A stretch of DNA of 64,000 nucleotides. It comes from a virus. Taxonomy: Duplodnaviria; Caudoviricetes. The notes under the pieces are model-generated. The model was not told where the DNA came from and searched no databases. It saw only the letters and a list, made by a program, of their open reading frames with translations. The stretch covers positions 22,286 to 86,285 of IMG/VR virus record IMGVR_UViG_2846856033_000001; one strand, written 5' to 3'. Numbering within the stretch: the first letter of the stretch is position 1; each line of letters opens with the position of its first letter. Below are positions 10,300-20,038 of this stretch, in pieces. A program made the translations under genes and the position numbers.

Positions 10300-10890
10300 C
10301 TATACCATCACTAAAATCCTCATTTCTGCCTTTGGTACAGTATTCTGGGGAGCCGTTCTCATCATGCTTGCAAAACCAGCAAAAATCGCAAACAGGGTCG
10401 CAAACGGGGTCATTGCAAATATACACTCTTGCTCATCCTCCTCGTTGTTCAGGAAAAAGCGATGATTCTCTCTTTCATCACGATATAGCGGTAGCGTATA
10501 TCGCTCATCAGTATAGCCATCGCCTAACGACATATAGAAGGAGAATTCCGCCGAAATATCCTCTATTTCAAAGCCTTCTCTGATATATGTGTATTTGGGG
10601 TTGTCTCTCAAATCTTCTTTCGGTATAAGCAATAGTTGCAAATCCGGCTCGATAAATTCCAAGTTGCATTTTTCTGGAATACGGTCTTCTAACAATGCGG
10701 ACAGGGATTCGCATATGTCTTTAATCTCAGCAAAAGTTAAAAAGCTCGATCCCGTATTATATTTGAAATAGCGGTTTTCAACACTGATACAGGCATCCGT
10801 CCAAGAATATCCGCCATCGTCATATCCCTTGTCAGAAAAGAAGAAATGAAAAATCGTGCCACCTAAATCTACCCTGAGTTCATTTTGCAT
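10300..10890 (-). CDS. WapI-like immunity protein, probably with a foreign C-terminal tail
   Basis: Acidic protein with LEFIEPDL motif; the last ~55 aa run through a GCAAA repeat tract. Confidence 0.5.
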   Translation of the reverse strand: MQNELRVDLGGTIFHFFFSDKGYDDGGYSWTDACISVENRYFKYNTGSSFLTFAEIKDICESLSALLEDRIPEKCNLEFIEPDLQLLLIPKEDLRDNPKYTYIREGFEIEDISAEFSFYMSLGDGYTDERYTLPLYRDERENHRFFLNNEEDEQECIFAMTPFATLFAIFAGFASMMRTAPQNTVPKAEMRILVMV

Positions 10891-10893
10891 TTT

Positions 10894-11904
10894 TCACCCT
10901 CCCAACAACGGCTGGTCGTATTTGAACAGCACTTCGTTAATCTCGAAAATATCGTACTTGCCGCTGACGATGAAGTATTCGACTATCACATCAAACTTTA
11001 CGGCGTGGGAGAGGGCATAGCCCGCGCGCTCCAAAAGATCGCCGGTTTCGTCGAGAGACAATTCCATTGCCACTGCGAGCGCAATCGCGGTGCGCTTGCT
11101 TGGCATATAGCCTTTATTGCTCCGAATTTTGGAAAACAGCTTTCGGTCAAGGTTGGCGCGTTTGTAGACTTCCACGTCCGTTTTGCCCTTGGCGTCAATC
11201 AACCGCAGGAGCGTCTCTGAGAACGGCTCGTCCAAGCTGCCTACCAAATCGTCAATGCCAGCGCCGACAATAGGGGCTTGCATGGAGGATGGTGCGTTAT
11301 ACTTAATAAGGTCGGCTTCCTCAAGGGCTTCACGCTCGACATCAAGCAACTCACGTCGAGAAAGTCTTTGCTCTGCAACATAATGCTCATCAATATAACT
11401 TTCGACTTCACCGAGCAACTTCTCGCTGACGGCAAACGCCGCCTTGTCGAATACCGCCAAATAAACATCCAATTCGTGTTCTCCGAGAAAGTCATGGATT
11501 GCTCTCGTTGCAACCCGCAGGGCTTCGTCTTTTGGGTAACCATAGATACCGCTTGATATCAGCGGAAACGCTATGCTCTTGCACTTGTTCTCAACCGCTC
11601 GTTTCAGGACGTTCAGGTAGCAGGAGCGCAGCTGTTCTTCTTCGCCGCTCTTGCCGCCACGGTAAACCGGTCCCGCCGTGTGGACGACAAACTTGGCGGG
11701 AAGCCTGAACCCCGGCGTTATGACCGCGTCGCCTGTCTGAATCGGCGCGAGTTTGTCGCAGGTGGCTTGCAGGTCGGACGCGCCCGCCGCCTTGAATATC
11801 GCTCCACAAACGCCACCGCCCATTGAAAGGGCGGTGTTTGCGGCGTTGACGATTGCGTCAACTTTCATTTTCGTGATGTCCTGTCGGACGATAGTAAAAG
11901 GCAT
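10894..11904 (-). CDS. Macrodomain (ADP-ribosylhydrolase-like) fused to a C-terminal XRE-type HTH
   Basis: DITK, AIVNAAN, GGGVCGAIF, VHTAGP, FPLISSGIYGYP; C-terminal YKRANLDRKLFSKIR. Confidence 0.92.
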   Translation of the reverse strand: MPFTIVRQDITKMKVDAIVNAANTALSMGGGVCGAIFKAAGASDLQATCDKLAPIQTGDAVITPGFRLPAKFVVHTAGPVYRGGKSGEEEQLRSCYLNVLKRAVENKCKSIAFPLISSGIYGYPKDEALRVATRAIHDFLGEHELDVYLAVFDKAAFAVSEKLLGEVESYIDEHYVAEQRLSRRELLDVEREALEEADLIKYNAPSSMQAPIVGAGIDDLVGSLDEPFSETLLRLIDAKGKTDVEVYKRANLDRKLFSKIRSNKGYMPSKRTAIALAVAMELSLDETGDLLERAGYALSHAVKFDVIVEYFIVSGKYDIFEINEVLFKYDQPLLGG

Positions 11905-11916
11905 AAGGTCACCCCC

Positions 11917-12417
11917 TTACTCTTGCCTGATAAACTTCTTATCTTCCCATTTAAAGAGGACTTTGCCCGTTCTGACATCCTCGATGGTCAGCCAATCGTT
12001 TATTGGTATGTTCTTCTCCGAAACATACCAACTTTTATATGTGTGTTGCGCTCCGGCGGCTTCGATCAGCGTCCACTTGGTCTCGGGCTCTATACCTTTT
12101 TCCTCGCTCCATTTGTCCCAAAGTCGGAAGTGATCCTTCCAACGGACGGAGATGCGGTAAAACGTCTTATTAAGTTCATCCGGCATGTTATCCTGAAAGA
12201 GCAAACCATGGTTGTCCGGCGTTTGCATATCCGTCATCCAAACTACGCGAGGGCTAACCGACCGCGAGAAGGCGAGATTGCTCTCCGTAGTCGTTATCCA
12301 CTTGCCCGACAGAATTCTGTTTAAATGATACAGGCTCGTAAAGTGGTACAGCAGCTTCGGGTGAGGAGAGGAAAACATTTCGGCGGCATATTCAACAAAA
12401 TCGTGTTTCATAGCCAC
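11917..12417 (-). CDS. Putative ADP-ribosyltransferase-fold protein
   Basis: LYHFT strand, helix LNRIL, VVWMTD strand and terminal WYVSEKNIP match the order seen in Tpt1/DarT-like ART folds. Confidence 0.5.
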   Translation of the reverse strand: MAMKHDFVEYAAEMFSSPHPKLLYHFTSLYHLNRILSGKWITTTESNLAFSRSVSPRVVWMTDMQTPDNHGLLFQDNMPDELNKTFYRISVRWKDHFRLWDKWSEEKGIEPETKWTLIEAAGAQHTYKSWYVSEKNIPINDWLTIEDVRTGKVLFKWEDKKFIRQE

Positions 12418-12512
12418 TACTTACCACCTTTCACGTTCCAGTAAAACGAAGCTTTGCTAATTCCCGTGCCGCCTTGCGGGCTTTCGAAAATAAACGTTCT
12501 TGGTTGTGGCAG

Positions 12513-13520
12513 TCATGCGATGGCATCGTTCCTTTCAAGCCATGACAGCAAAAGCGGCCTGTCGTTGTTTGCCGGCACTTCAAACCACTGCGAACAAAGG
12601 CGGTACTGTACGCCCCTAATCGTAAACGGTTTCGCATAATACCTCGCCGAGTCACATTCCTCACTTGCCAGCACAAGAAGTGGAAAGTCTATGCCAAACT
12701 GGCTCTTTGAGTAGTCCTTCGTCCGCATCAGATTGATTTCCTCATCATCGGCCTTGCCGTTCTCCAGCGCTTCCCGTAAAAAGGTTTGCGCGATTTTGCC
12801 TATCTTCAGTTCGGAAAGAGTATCGGTCGAAGCTGAGTGCTGCGTCTCCGGTACTTTTGTTCTTTGCCGTGATGTCCGCCGAGCATCACCGAACATGTTG
12901 ATAAGTTGGTATCCACGCATAAATAATTCTGATGTATCCGAAACGCCGTCACTGGCAATCAATATCGGATTAAGCACCAGTTCGTCAAAATCATCATTCG
13001 CGATAACCCGCGCAGTGAAATTATAATTGTTTTTAAGAAATAAGGCATTTAGGTCGGCGGTGCAGGGCTCTAAATCGTTGATTATGGCGTTATGTATTTT
13101 AGGTGAGGCAAAAATGATCTCACCTTGAGCGGCACCGAAATAACCGATCAAGCACAGAGCGGTCCGTACAAATTTCTTTATGACCCGCATGACCGTTTCC
13201 TGTCGGTCGCCGTAGTTAAGCCCACTTTCATGGAAGGCAACGTCTATGGCATATAGTTCCATGCCGTTATCTGACAGCGATATGCCGAGAGCATCCACCT
13301 CTGCCTGCATTAGCAGCTGTGAAAGTGAATTGTTCTTATAAACGCCATAGCCATACTTATTTTGGAAGTGTTCATCTGTAACGTCCATAAACCGGTTTAG
13401 ATCTTCCTCATTTTGAAGTTGCCAAGATGGGGACGGTTTCCAGTTTGTCTGAACTATCTGGCACTCCTTAACATGGCGGAGCCATGAGTAAAACAGGGAT
13501 TCACCCATTTCAATTTTCAT
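12513..13520 (-). CDS. Hypothetical protein, possible PD-(D/E)xK-like nuclease
   Basis: 335 aa, GAGGGGG RBS; EMGE...EVDALG...IDVAFHE pattern. Confidence 0.5.
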   Translation of the reverse strand: MKIEMGESLFYSWLRHVKECQIVQTNWKPSPSWQLQNEEDLNRFMDVTDEHFQNKYGYGVYKNNSLSQLLMQAEVDALGISLSDNGMELYAIDVAFHESGLNYGDRQETVMRVIKKFVRTALCLIGYFGAAQGEIIFASPKIHNAIINDLEPCTADLNALFLKNNYNFTARVIANDDFDELVLNPILIASDGVSDTSELFMRGYQLINMFGDARRTSRQRTKVPETQHSASTDTLSELKIGKIAQTFLREALENGKADDEEINLMRTKDYSKSQFGIDFPLLVLASEECDSARYYAKPFTIRGVQYRLCSQWFEVPANNDRPLLLSWLERNDAIA

Positions 13521-13752
13521 TTCGTCGCCCCCTCGCTTTAGGTTTAATCAGATCGTAGCTTCGGCTGACCATCCGTTTCAATTCTTCCATTGGCACGTCG
13601 CCGCCAAACGAGACCGTATTCCAGTGTATCTTGTTCATATGATAAGCAGGTGTCACGTCCTCGAATACCTGCCGCAGGAAGTCCGCTTCGTGCGGTTCGC
13701 ATTTTAGATTGACGTATAGCTTTCCGTTTCAGTCGTATATCAAGCAAAACAA

Positions 13753-14670
13753 TCATTTAGTAATAGTGGGCCAGGGGATTTCTCCACTTTCCACATCTTT
13801 CAAGGTTTTCCCATCGGCAGTTTTCCATACGATATTTCCGCTTTGATTAGAGCCGCTGACAAAGCCAGCCGCCGCCGAGGGACTTGAAACAAGAACATCG
13901 GATGTCAGCACACCATTAGAATCTATCTTGTCGCCATATTTTTCACGGAAGCGGCGTGCGACTTCCGGGCAGCTCTGTTTCATTTCCGTCGCCACGACGC
14001 TCCCGGCGTGTATGACAAAGCCCTCGCTCGTACGGCGACCTGTCGCTTTGCCCTTGTTGCGGTCGAAGTGGAATATCGGCTCGCCGGAAGTGTCCTGCGT
14101 AATTGTGCTATCCTCCGGGGCGCTTTTCGGCGTGGCTACAATCGGCTCGAACACTTTATGCCCGAGCGTCCCCATGACAATCTTGGCGTAGTCGAGGAAC
14201 TCCTCCAGCTCGCTTTCCTTTTCTTCCGTTATATGCCCAGAAGTCGGGTCGTTGCCGTTCTTGACGACGTACCGCTTGGCTTCGAGCGCTAAGTTGCAGA
14301 AACGGTTCTCAAGATAGCTTATCTCCGTGGGACCGAAGGAGTTATTTGAGGTGGTGAAGACAACTGCTTCTGTCCAGTAGTCTTTATCCGGGTTGCGCTT
14401 ATGCTCCTGCAAGCGGAAAAGTATACCCTCGCCGTTTTTCCGCACACCTGCCTGACCGATGTATACCACGTTTTCGCCAGTCTGGTCAGACGTGCCGAAC
14501 AGAAAATAAACACCACTTTGTTTGAGGTCATCGCGTTCCCTGCACTTTTCAAGATCGGTGCGCGGGATTCTGTACGCGACGCCCGTCCAGTTTGCAAGCG
14601 TACATTTGACGCGGCCGTTCGCGGTGCCATCCATCAAAAAGAGATTTATATTTTTCCCTCTCATAACCAT
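13753..14670 (-). CDS. GIY-YIG nuclease with C-terminal DUF4357/RAMA-like domain
   Basis: SGVYFL...VYIGQA, RLQEH, SYLE; C-terminal SSPSAAAGFVSG...GNIVWK; start placed after AAAGGAG. Confidence 0.85.
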   Translation of the reverse strand: MVMRGKNINLFLMDGTANGRVKCTLANWTGVAYRIPRTDLEKCRERDDLKQSGVYFLFGTSDQTGENVVYIGQAGVRKNGEGILFRLQEHKRNPDKDYWTEAVVFTTSNNSFGPTEISYLENRFCNLALEAKRYVVKNGNDPTSGHITEEKESELEEFLDYAKIVMGTLGHKVFEPIVATPKSAPEDSTITQDTSGEPIFHFDRNKGKATGRRTSEGFVIHAGSVVATEMKQSCPEVARRFREKYGDKIDSNGVLTSDVLVSSPSAAAGFVSGSNQSGNIVWKTADGKTLKDVESGEIPWPTITK

Positions 14671-14686
14671 ATCCGCTCCTTTCGCG

Positions 14687-15985
14687 TCAAGCCGTTGCAG
14701 TCGCCGCCGTACCTTCGCCGGTCGGCAACACACCACCTGTCGTTTCAAACGCACTTTCTATGCTACGCGCAAGAGCTGCGATCTGGTTCTTCGGCTTTCC
14801 TACATAGTGGTACATCAGATAGCGGGTGTCGATAAGGATTCCTTGAACGCGCTCGTACTTATTTCCGGATATCTTCCAGTCGCCGGTTGCTTCGCCGATG
14901 TTGACGAAAGTGTCACTTGTCCCGAATCGGTTCTCAAGAGCGTTGTACGGCATGACGAACGCGTTATAGACAGGCACCTCGCCGCCATACCGCTCGCGGA
15001 ACCGATCCTGCGTGGCAATATACTCACCGTAGGTTATCTGCTTGTTGATGGAGCTCGACTCCGGCAGGTCGGCGGGATTGCCGGAGATGCCGAACTTGTA
15101 AAACTTTGCGTCAATGACGTAAATCTTGCCGTCGTGCAGCATAATGGTGTCCGGCTCGAGCGCGGCGTTCGTTCTGCCCCTGCCTGCGCGAAGCGCCCAC
15201 CGTGTTTTGGGGAAGTAGTCCACCTTGTTCTTCTCGCCGAATACCCGGTCGATGAGCTTTTCCCAGACGTACTCGAAACGGTCTGTACCGAAGTAGAACT
15301 GCTTCTCCTTCGTTTTCTCATCCATATATTCAAGCATGGCAATCATCGACTGAAATAGCCGCTTGTCCTTGTCGTTGAATGTGTTTGCGAGCTTTTCCCG
15401 AAGGAGCACGAGGAACATCTTATCATTCCGCTGAATGGTAGGTTTCTCAGGCAAGTACGGTGTGAAAAGCCAACCCAGCTTGACGAAGCTCTCGTACACG
15501 CAGAATTTGTGAATCTGCGTTATCATATTCCTGTCGTTTGGCGAGGAGACGCGGACGATGTAGTCGACATACGCTGGCATACCATTCGCCTGGATCAGCG
15601 GGCGTTTTTGCCGCAATGTCCTCGGCCAGTCATACTTCCCGCGGTCGCCGTCTTTGTATACGGCGACTTTTTCTGTGTAATAGCCGTTTTGCTCCATGAA
15701 GTAATTGATGACTTCCATGTAGGCGTTTATGGGGAAGTCCACGGACTGCGGGGCTTCAAACTTCTGCATTTGCAGCACCCTGTCCGTGCGGTCGGTAAAC
15801 TCAGCAAGCACAGAAATGAGGTGCAGAATATCCTGCCGTAAGTCCTGTTCTGTCTCGGGCAATTTGTAGCCAATGGGAAAGTAGACCATCGCGTTATCGG
15901 CGTCAGCCTTGATGCCCACGAAACGGTCTCCGTCCTCATTCTTATTCACGTGACAACGCGCGGCCAGTTCCGCGAGTATATCCAT
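14687..15985 (-). CDS. LlaJI-family restriction endonuclease subunit (McrC-like)
   Basis: FVGI...YFPIGY, FEYVWEKLID, LEPDTIM...IDAKFY, SINKQITYGEY. Confidence 0.85.
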   Translation of the reverse strand: MDILAELAARCHVNKNEDGDRFVGIKADADNAMVYFPIGYKLPETEQDLRQDILHLISVLAEFTDRTDRVLQMQKFEAPQSVDFPINAYMEVINYFMEQNGYYTEKVAVYKDGDRGKYDWPRTLRQKRPLIQANGMPAYVDYIVRVSSPNDRNMITQIHKFCVYESFVKLGWLFTPYLPEKPTIQRNDKMFLVLLREKLANTFNDKDKRLFQSMIAMLEYMDEKTKEKQFYFGTDRFEYVWEKLIDRVFGEKNKVDYFPKTRWALRAGRGRTNAALEPDTIMLHDGKIYVIDAKFYKFGISGNPADLPESSSINKQITYGEYIATQDRFRERYGGEVPVYNAFVMPYNALENRFGTSDTFVNIGEATGDWKISGNKYERVQGILIDTRYLMYHYVGKPKNQIAALARSIESAFETTGGVLPTGEGTAATATA

Positions 15986-16009
15986 ATCAGCTCACCGCCC
16001 TTTACTGGA

Positions 16010-17881
16010 TTATTCTTCGTCCGCCGTAAGCAGCGCGGAAACAACGTCTTCCTTGAAGACCGAGAAACGGGCATTGCCCTGCGAGTCGCGGAACTTGCGG
16101 ACGATTTCTTCAAGACTAATATACTGCCCGGTCTCGAAAACATCCTCACGGGAGAACTTGAACGCATCGTCCCAGAGGTATTTGAGTACCTTCTCGGGGA
16201 AGCGGCGGTTTTGCCTTGAGGCCATACGCTTTTCTTCGGGTGTTGCCGCCCCGTCAGTCTCTTTGGCATCGTAGCGGAGGTCTATCTCGCGAACAAAGAA
16301 CGCGCCGAGCCGCTTGTCCTCCGAAGACGTAACGCGTACATTCTTTTTGAGTATGATGGAGTTCATGGCTGTATTAAACCTTCGCCAAGTGACGTCAGTG
16401 TCCAGAATCTTCGTTTCGGCGTATGCCACTCTACCGAGGTCGTTCTCGATCATCCGCATACTCCACCTGCGCTGGAACGCCGTATCGAGCGTGAAGACGT
16501 TCTGGTCGGAGGTGTTCATCGTGCCGATGATGGACATATTCGACGGTATGCGGACTTTGCGCGTTTCGTCGCCGTAGACGATTCGCGCAATGTTGGCATT
16601 GCTTATGCCGTACTCGCTCTCGCCGCTGTCGCCACGGTCGAGCAGTTGAAACACCTCACCGAAAATCGCCGGAGCGTTGCCTCGGTTTATTTCCTCGACG
16701 ATGAGGTAGAATTCCTCGCCGGGGTTCTTATAAGCTTTGTCAAGCAGACGGGTGAACGGGCCGGGCGTGAACTCATAACTGACGTTGCCCTCTGTGACGT
16801 TCGGCAGAATCTGCCCTACGAAATCTGAATTGGTGTAATCGGGGTGGAACACGAGTCGCTCCATGCGGTTCTCGTCGTTGCAGTATTCTTCACCTACTGT
16901 GTAGCTCTTACCCGCGCCGGGAACGCCATAGAGAATGACGTTCTTGCCGCCCACGATGCGTGGCACTTCGCCTGTTCCCGCTTCGGGCGCGGGTGTTTCA
17001 CCGTCGACCTCAATCTGCGGTTCGGTGGCTATGATGTGTTTGGCATTTGTCAGGCTGAGATAAGTGTCAACACGTTTTTGGTATGCCGCAAGCTGATCGT
17101 CCTTGCCTTCAGCGATAGAAACGCCTTGAGTGTTGCTGTATGACAGCAGCGGATTCATCCTGTCCGACAGAGCGGATTTCAGAATTCGAAGCGGGCCCTT
17201 CGCCTCGTGTGTGTCGTTAATGTCTACAGCTTCGCCCCCGGTGAGAAGTTTTGCGTAGACGCTGTTCATATTGAAAACAATGTCGCGCTCTCCATCGGCA
17301 AGCTTGTACACCGCTTCCTCCGAAAGAATAACCAGTAGCTGAAGCAGCACGGTGTCAAACCGAGCCCCGGCGCCTACGGTGTTAAAGCCTATCCACGAGA
17401 GCAAGACCCTCGAATACTGCTCGTCGTCGGAGGAGAGAAGCGTGTCGAGTATGTCCATATTCTTTGTAAATAGCAGCCGCTTGTCATAACGCTTGCCGCC
17501 GGTGCGCTCAAAGCTGTTTGCCATGTTGCCGACAAACTTCACCTTTGCTACTCGCCAGACAAGCTCGAACGCCACAATGAGCGATTCGAGTTGGGACTTT
17601 AAGAGCTGATTGTTATTGACGCGCTCGAGGAACTGCTCGTCGGTAATTCCGGCAGCGGAGTATACCGAGTGGTATTTTACGGTGAGCAGCGCAGCGATGT
17701 CGTCGGCCACCTCCAGCGTGTCACCTACCTGCTTAGAGTATGTGAGTTCAGCGGGAGAGTTCGATGCCCGCCAAATCATCATAAGCAGACCAAGCGTTGC
17801 CTTAGTGTCGGGCAGCGCCGATTTTATCCCCAGCTTCAAGTCCACGTCGGGGTATCTTGCCATGTTATCAGGTCTGAGCAT
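16010..17881 (-). CDS. McrB-like AAA+ GTPase restriction subunit
   Basis: YGVPGAGKS, FHPDY, EEINRGN, GTMNTSDQN, LDTAFQRRW; AAGGAGG RBS before ATG 17881. Confidence 0.9.
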   Translation of the reverse strand: MLRPDNMARYPDVDLKLGIKSALPDTKATLGLLMMIWRASNSPAELTYSKQVGDTLEVADDIAALLTVKYHSVYSAAGITDEQFLERVNNNQLLKSQLESLIVAFELVWRVAKVKFVGNMANSFERTGGKRYDKRLLFTKNMDILDTLLSSDDEQYSRVLLSWIGFNTVGAGARFDTVLLQLLVILSEEAVYKLADGERDIVFNMNSVYAKLLTGGEAVDINDTHEAKGPLRILKSALSDRMNPLLSYSNTQGVSIAEGKDDQLAAYQKRVDTYLSLTNAKHIIATEPQIEVDGETPAPEAGTGEVPRIVGGKNVILYGVPGAGKSYTVGEEYCNDENRMERLVFHPDYTNSDFVGQILPNVTEGNVSYEFTPGPFTRLLDKAYKNPGEEFYLIVEEINRGNAPAIFGEVFQLLDRGDSGESEYGISNANIARIVYGDETRKVRIPSNMSIIGTMNTSDQNVFTLDTAFQRRWSMRMIENDLGRVAYAETKILDTDVTWRRFNTAMNSIILKKNVRVTSSEDKRLGAFFVREIDLRYDAKETDGAATPEEKRMASRQNRRFPEKVLKYLWDDAFKFSREDVFETGQYISLEEIVRKFRDSQGNARFSVFKEDVVSALLTADEE

Positions 17882-18944
17882 CTGTGTCTCCTCCTTTAAT
17901 ATCATCCATTATGACGGTCGCTATCGCCTTGGCAAGCAGGGGTGGCACGGCGTTTCCCACCTGCTTCATCTGCGAGCCTTTCGTTCCGATGAATTTGAAT
18001 TTGTCCGGGAACGACTGTATCCTCGCCGCTTCACGAACCGTAATCGCACGGTGCAAATACGGATGTGTGAACTTCCCTGACGATGGTGTGTCAAACCTCG
18101 TTGTGATCGTAACGGATATCTCGTTCTTGACCATCCGCGTCCATGTGCCGCTATAAATCGACTTAGTCAAATGTTCCTCCGGCAGCACTTCTTTGCCGCT
18201 GTTCGGTGGAATCATATTCAACCGCTCGATGGCGAGCGCGGAATGCGTAGTAGATACATGGTTATACAGCTTTTCACTTCCGGCGCGCAAGCGTTTTTGG
18301 TACTCGCTCTGCGGCTCGCCGCGATAATCCTCGCACACAGTGCCCTCGCCGGAATTATGATAAGCCAGGTCGCTTATCGCGTCCCAGATGGTTACCGTAT
18401 GGCCCAATGGTTCAGGCAGCCGGAGCGGCCAGTCGCCAAGCTTGCCGATGATGACGGCACGCCTGCGGTTCTGCGGCACACCGTAGTCGGCGGCGTTCAG
18501 TGTGTCGCTCGCGAGCGCGTATCCCTTCGCGGCAAACAGCTCGTAAACTTCTTTCTTGAAAAAGCCGTTCTCGGCGGTCAGGAGGTTCGGGACATTCTCC
18601 ATCACAAAATAGCGCGGACGCAGATAGTCGACGACCGCGATGAAATATTTGAACAGGAAATTGCGCTCGTCGTTGATGGTCTTCCGCTGCCCCTTCTGCG
18701 AGAAGCCTTGGCACGGCGGCCCGCCGATAACGACATCGACCTTGCCGCGATACCCAAAGAATGTATCTTCTATCGGCAAATCCTTGATATCAGCAACAAT
18801 CATCTTCGTGTTCGGATGATTCAGCTTGTATGCTTCGGCTATGGACTCGTCATATTCGTTCGCCAGCACAACATCGAAGCCCGCCATCTCAAACCCCAAG
18901 GAGAGTCCACCCACCCCCGCGAACAAGTCTATCACAGTCGGCAT
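17868..18944 (-). CDS. C5-cytosine DNA methyltransferase
   Basis: FAGVGG, GGPPCQGFS, ENV, QNRRR, RIQSFPD, GNAVPP. Confidence 0.95.
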   Translation of the reverse strand: MPTVIDLFAGVGGLSLGFEMAGFDVVLANEYDESIAEAYKLNHPNTKMIVADIKDLPIEDTFFGYRGKVDVVIGGPPCQGFSQKGQRKTINDERNFLFKYFIAVVDYLRPRYFVMENVPNLLTAENGFFKKEVYELFAAKGYALASDTLNAADYGVPQNRRRAVIIGKLGDWPLRLPEPLGHTVTIWDAISDLAYHNSGEGTVCEDYRGEPQSEYQKRLRAGSEKLYNHVSTTHSALAIERLNMIPPNSGKEVLPEEHLTKSIYSGTWTRMVKNEISVTITTRFDTPSSGKFTHPYLHRAITVREAARIQSFPDKFKFIGTKGSQMKQVGNAVPPLLAKAIATVIMDDIKGGDTDAQT

Positions 18945-19669
18945 TATTTCTTCACCTCTTGGATACGACGTGTCGCCATTTGGAAGTAGCTCTCATTTAG
19001 TTCAACGCCAGTGAAATTTCGGTTATTTTTTTTCGCGGCGACGCCCGCGCTGCCGCTACCCATAAACGGATCGAGAACCATATCGCCCTCGTCCGACAGG
19101 GTTTGAACGAAAAACTCCATCAGCGCGACGGGCTTCTGCGTAGGATGCTTCCCGCACTTGCGCTCACCGTTTGCCGCAACACCGGTTTCAATATAGTCGT
19201 GCAGCACCTTGCCATCGTTATTGAAGGTGCCTGTCCGCTTACCGTATGTAAAATAGACCCACGCTTCTGTGGAGTTCACAAAATGCAGGTTCATATTTCG
19301 TGGCATCGGGTTCGTCTTGTGCCAGATGCCTGTGGTCTTGTAGTACAGCTTGTGGCGCTCGGCTATACGGATGAGCGTCTCCACCTTAATAATAGACATA
19401 AACACAACCATCGCGCCGCCTTTTTTCAGCAGCCGTGCGGCTTCCTCGAAGAAACCGTCCATCGACTTCTCCCAGTCCTCGAAGCTCAAATCGTCCCAGC
19501 CCGCCGCGCCGAAAAAATTTTCGCGCATCTTTTTAAGGTTGGTGTCCCTGCCCTTCATAAAGTTGCCGAGATTATACGGCGGGTCGGTCAGTATCAGGTC
19601 TACCGTATCGTTTGCAAGCCGCTTCATGGCGACAATGCAGTCCTCATTATATAAAACGGAATCAGCCAT
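18944..19669 (-). CDS. N4-C/N6-A DNA methyltransferase (beta class)
   Basis: TDPPY precedes HPTQKP and DPFMGSG. Confidence 0.93.
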   Translation of the reverse strand: MADSVLYNEDCIVAMKRLANDTVDLILTDPPYNLGNFMKGRDTNLKKMRENFFGAAGWDDLSFEDWEKSMDGFFEEAARLLKKGGAMVVFMSIIKVETLIRIAERHKLYYKTTGIWHKTNPMPRNMNLHFVNSTEAWVYFTYGKRTGTFNNDGKVLHDYIETGVAANGERKCGKHPTQKPVALMEFFVQTLSDEGDMVLDPFMGSGSAGVAAKKNNRNFTGVELNESYFQMATRRIQEVKK

Positions 19670-19709
19670 AGTTCATTCCTCGTTTCTCCGGATTTGCGCT
19701 GCGTATGAG

Positions 19710-19922
19710 TTATGACCGATTGTCCAAATCCACCTCGACAATATCGCTCAACTGGCATCTCAGCACCTTACAGATGCGAACCAGTACGTTAAGTGACACA
19801 TACTCGTTCTTCCGCATCTTTGAGAATGTGCTGGGTGCGATCTTCGCGGCGGTGTACAGCTCGGACGGTTCCATGTCGTCGTCAATCAACCGCTTCCACA
19901 GCCGTTTATAATTTACTCCCAT
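19710..19922 (-). CDS. Small XRE/Cro-like HTH, probable R-M controller
   Basis: 70 aa, NYKRLWK...IAPSTFSKMRKNEYVSLNVLVRIC; first gene of the R-M operon. Confidence 0.8.
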   Translation of the reverse strand: MGVNYKRLWKRLIDDDMEPSELYTAAKIAPSTFSKMRKNEYVSLNVLVRICKVLRCQLSDIVEVDLDNRS

Positions 19923-20038
19923 CGCTTGCCACCTTCCTGCGGGCCGTTTGTAACAGGGGCATATAAACCCTACGGTGTATTATAACATTCGACTTTCGAG
20001 AAGTCAATCTAAATTTTGATTTATCGAAAACTGTATAC

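Noticed and set aside
13544-13756. 70-aa ORF between the GIY-YIG gene and the next gene
   Set aside because: No recognisable motif or RBS; cannot be supported as a gene.
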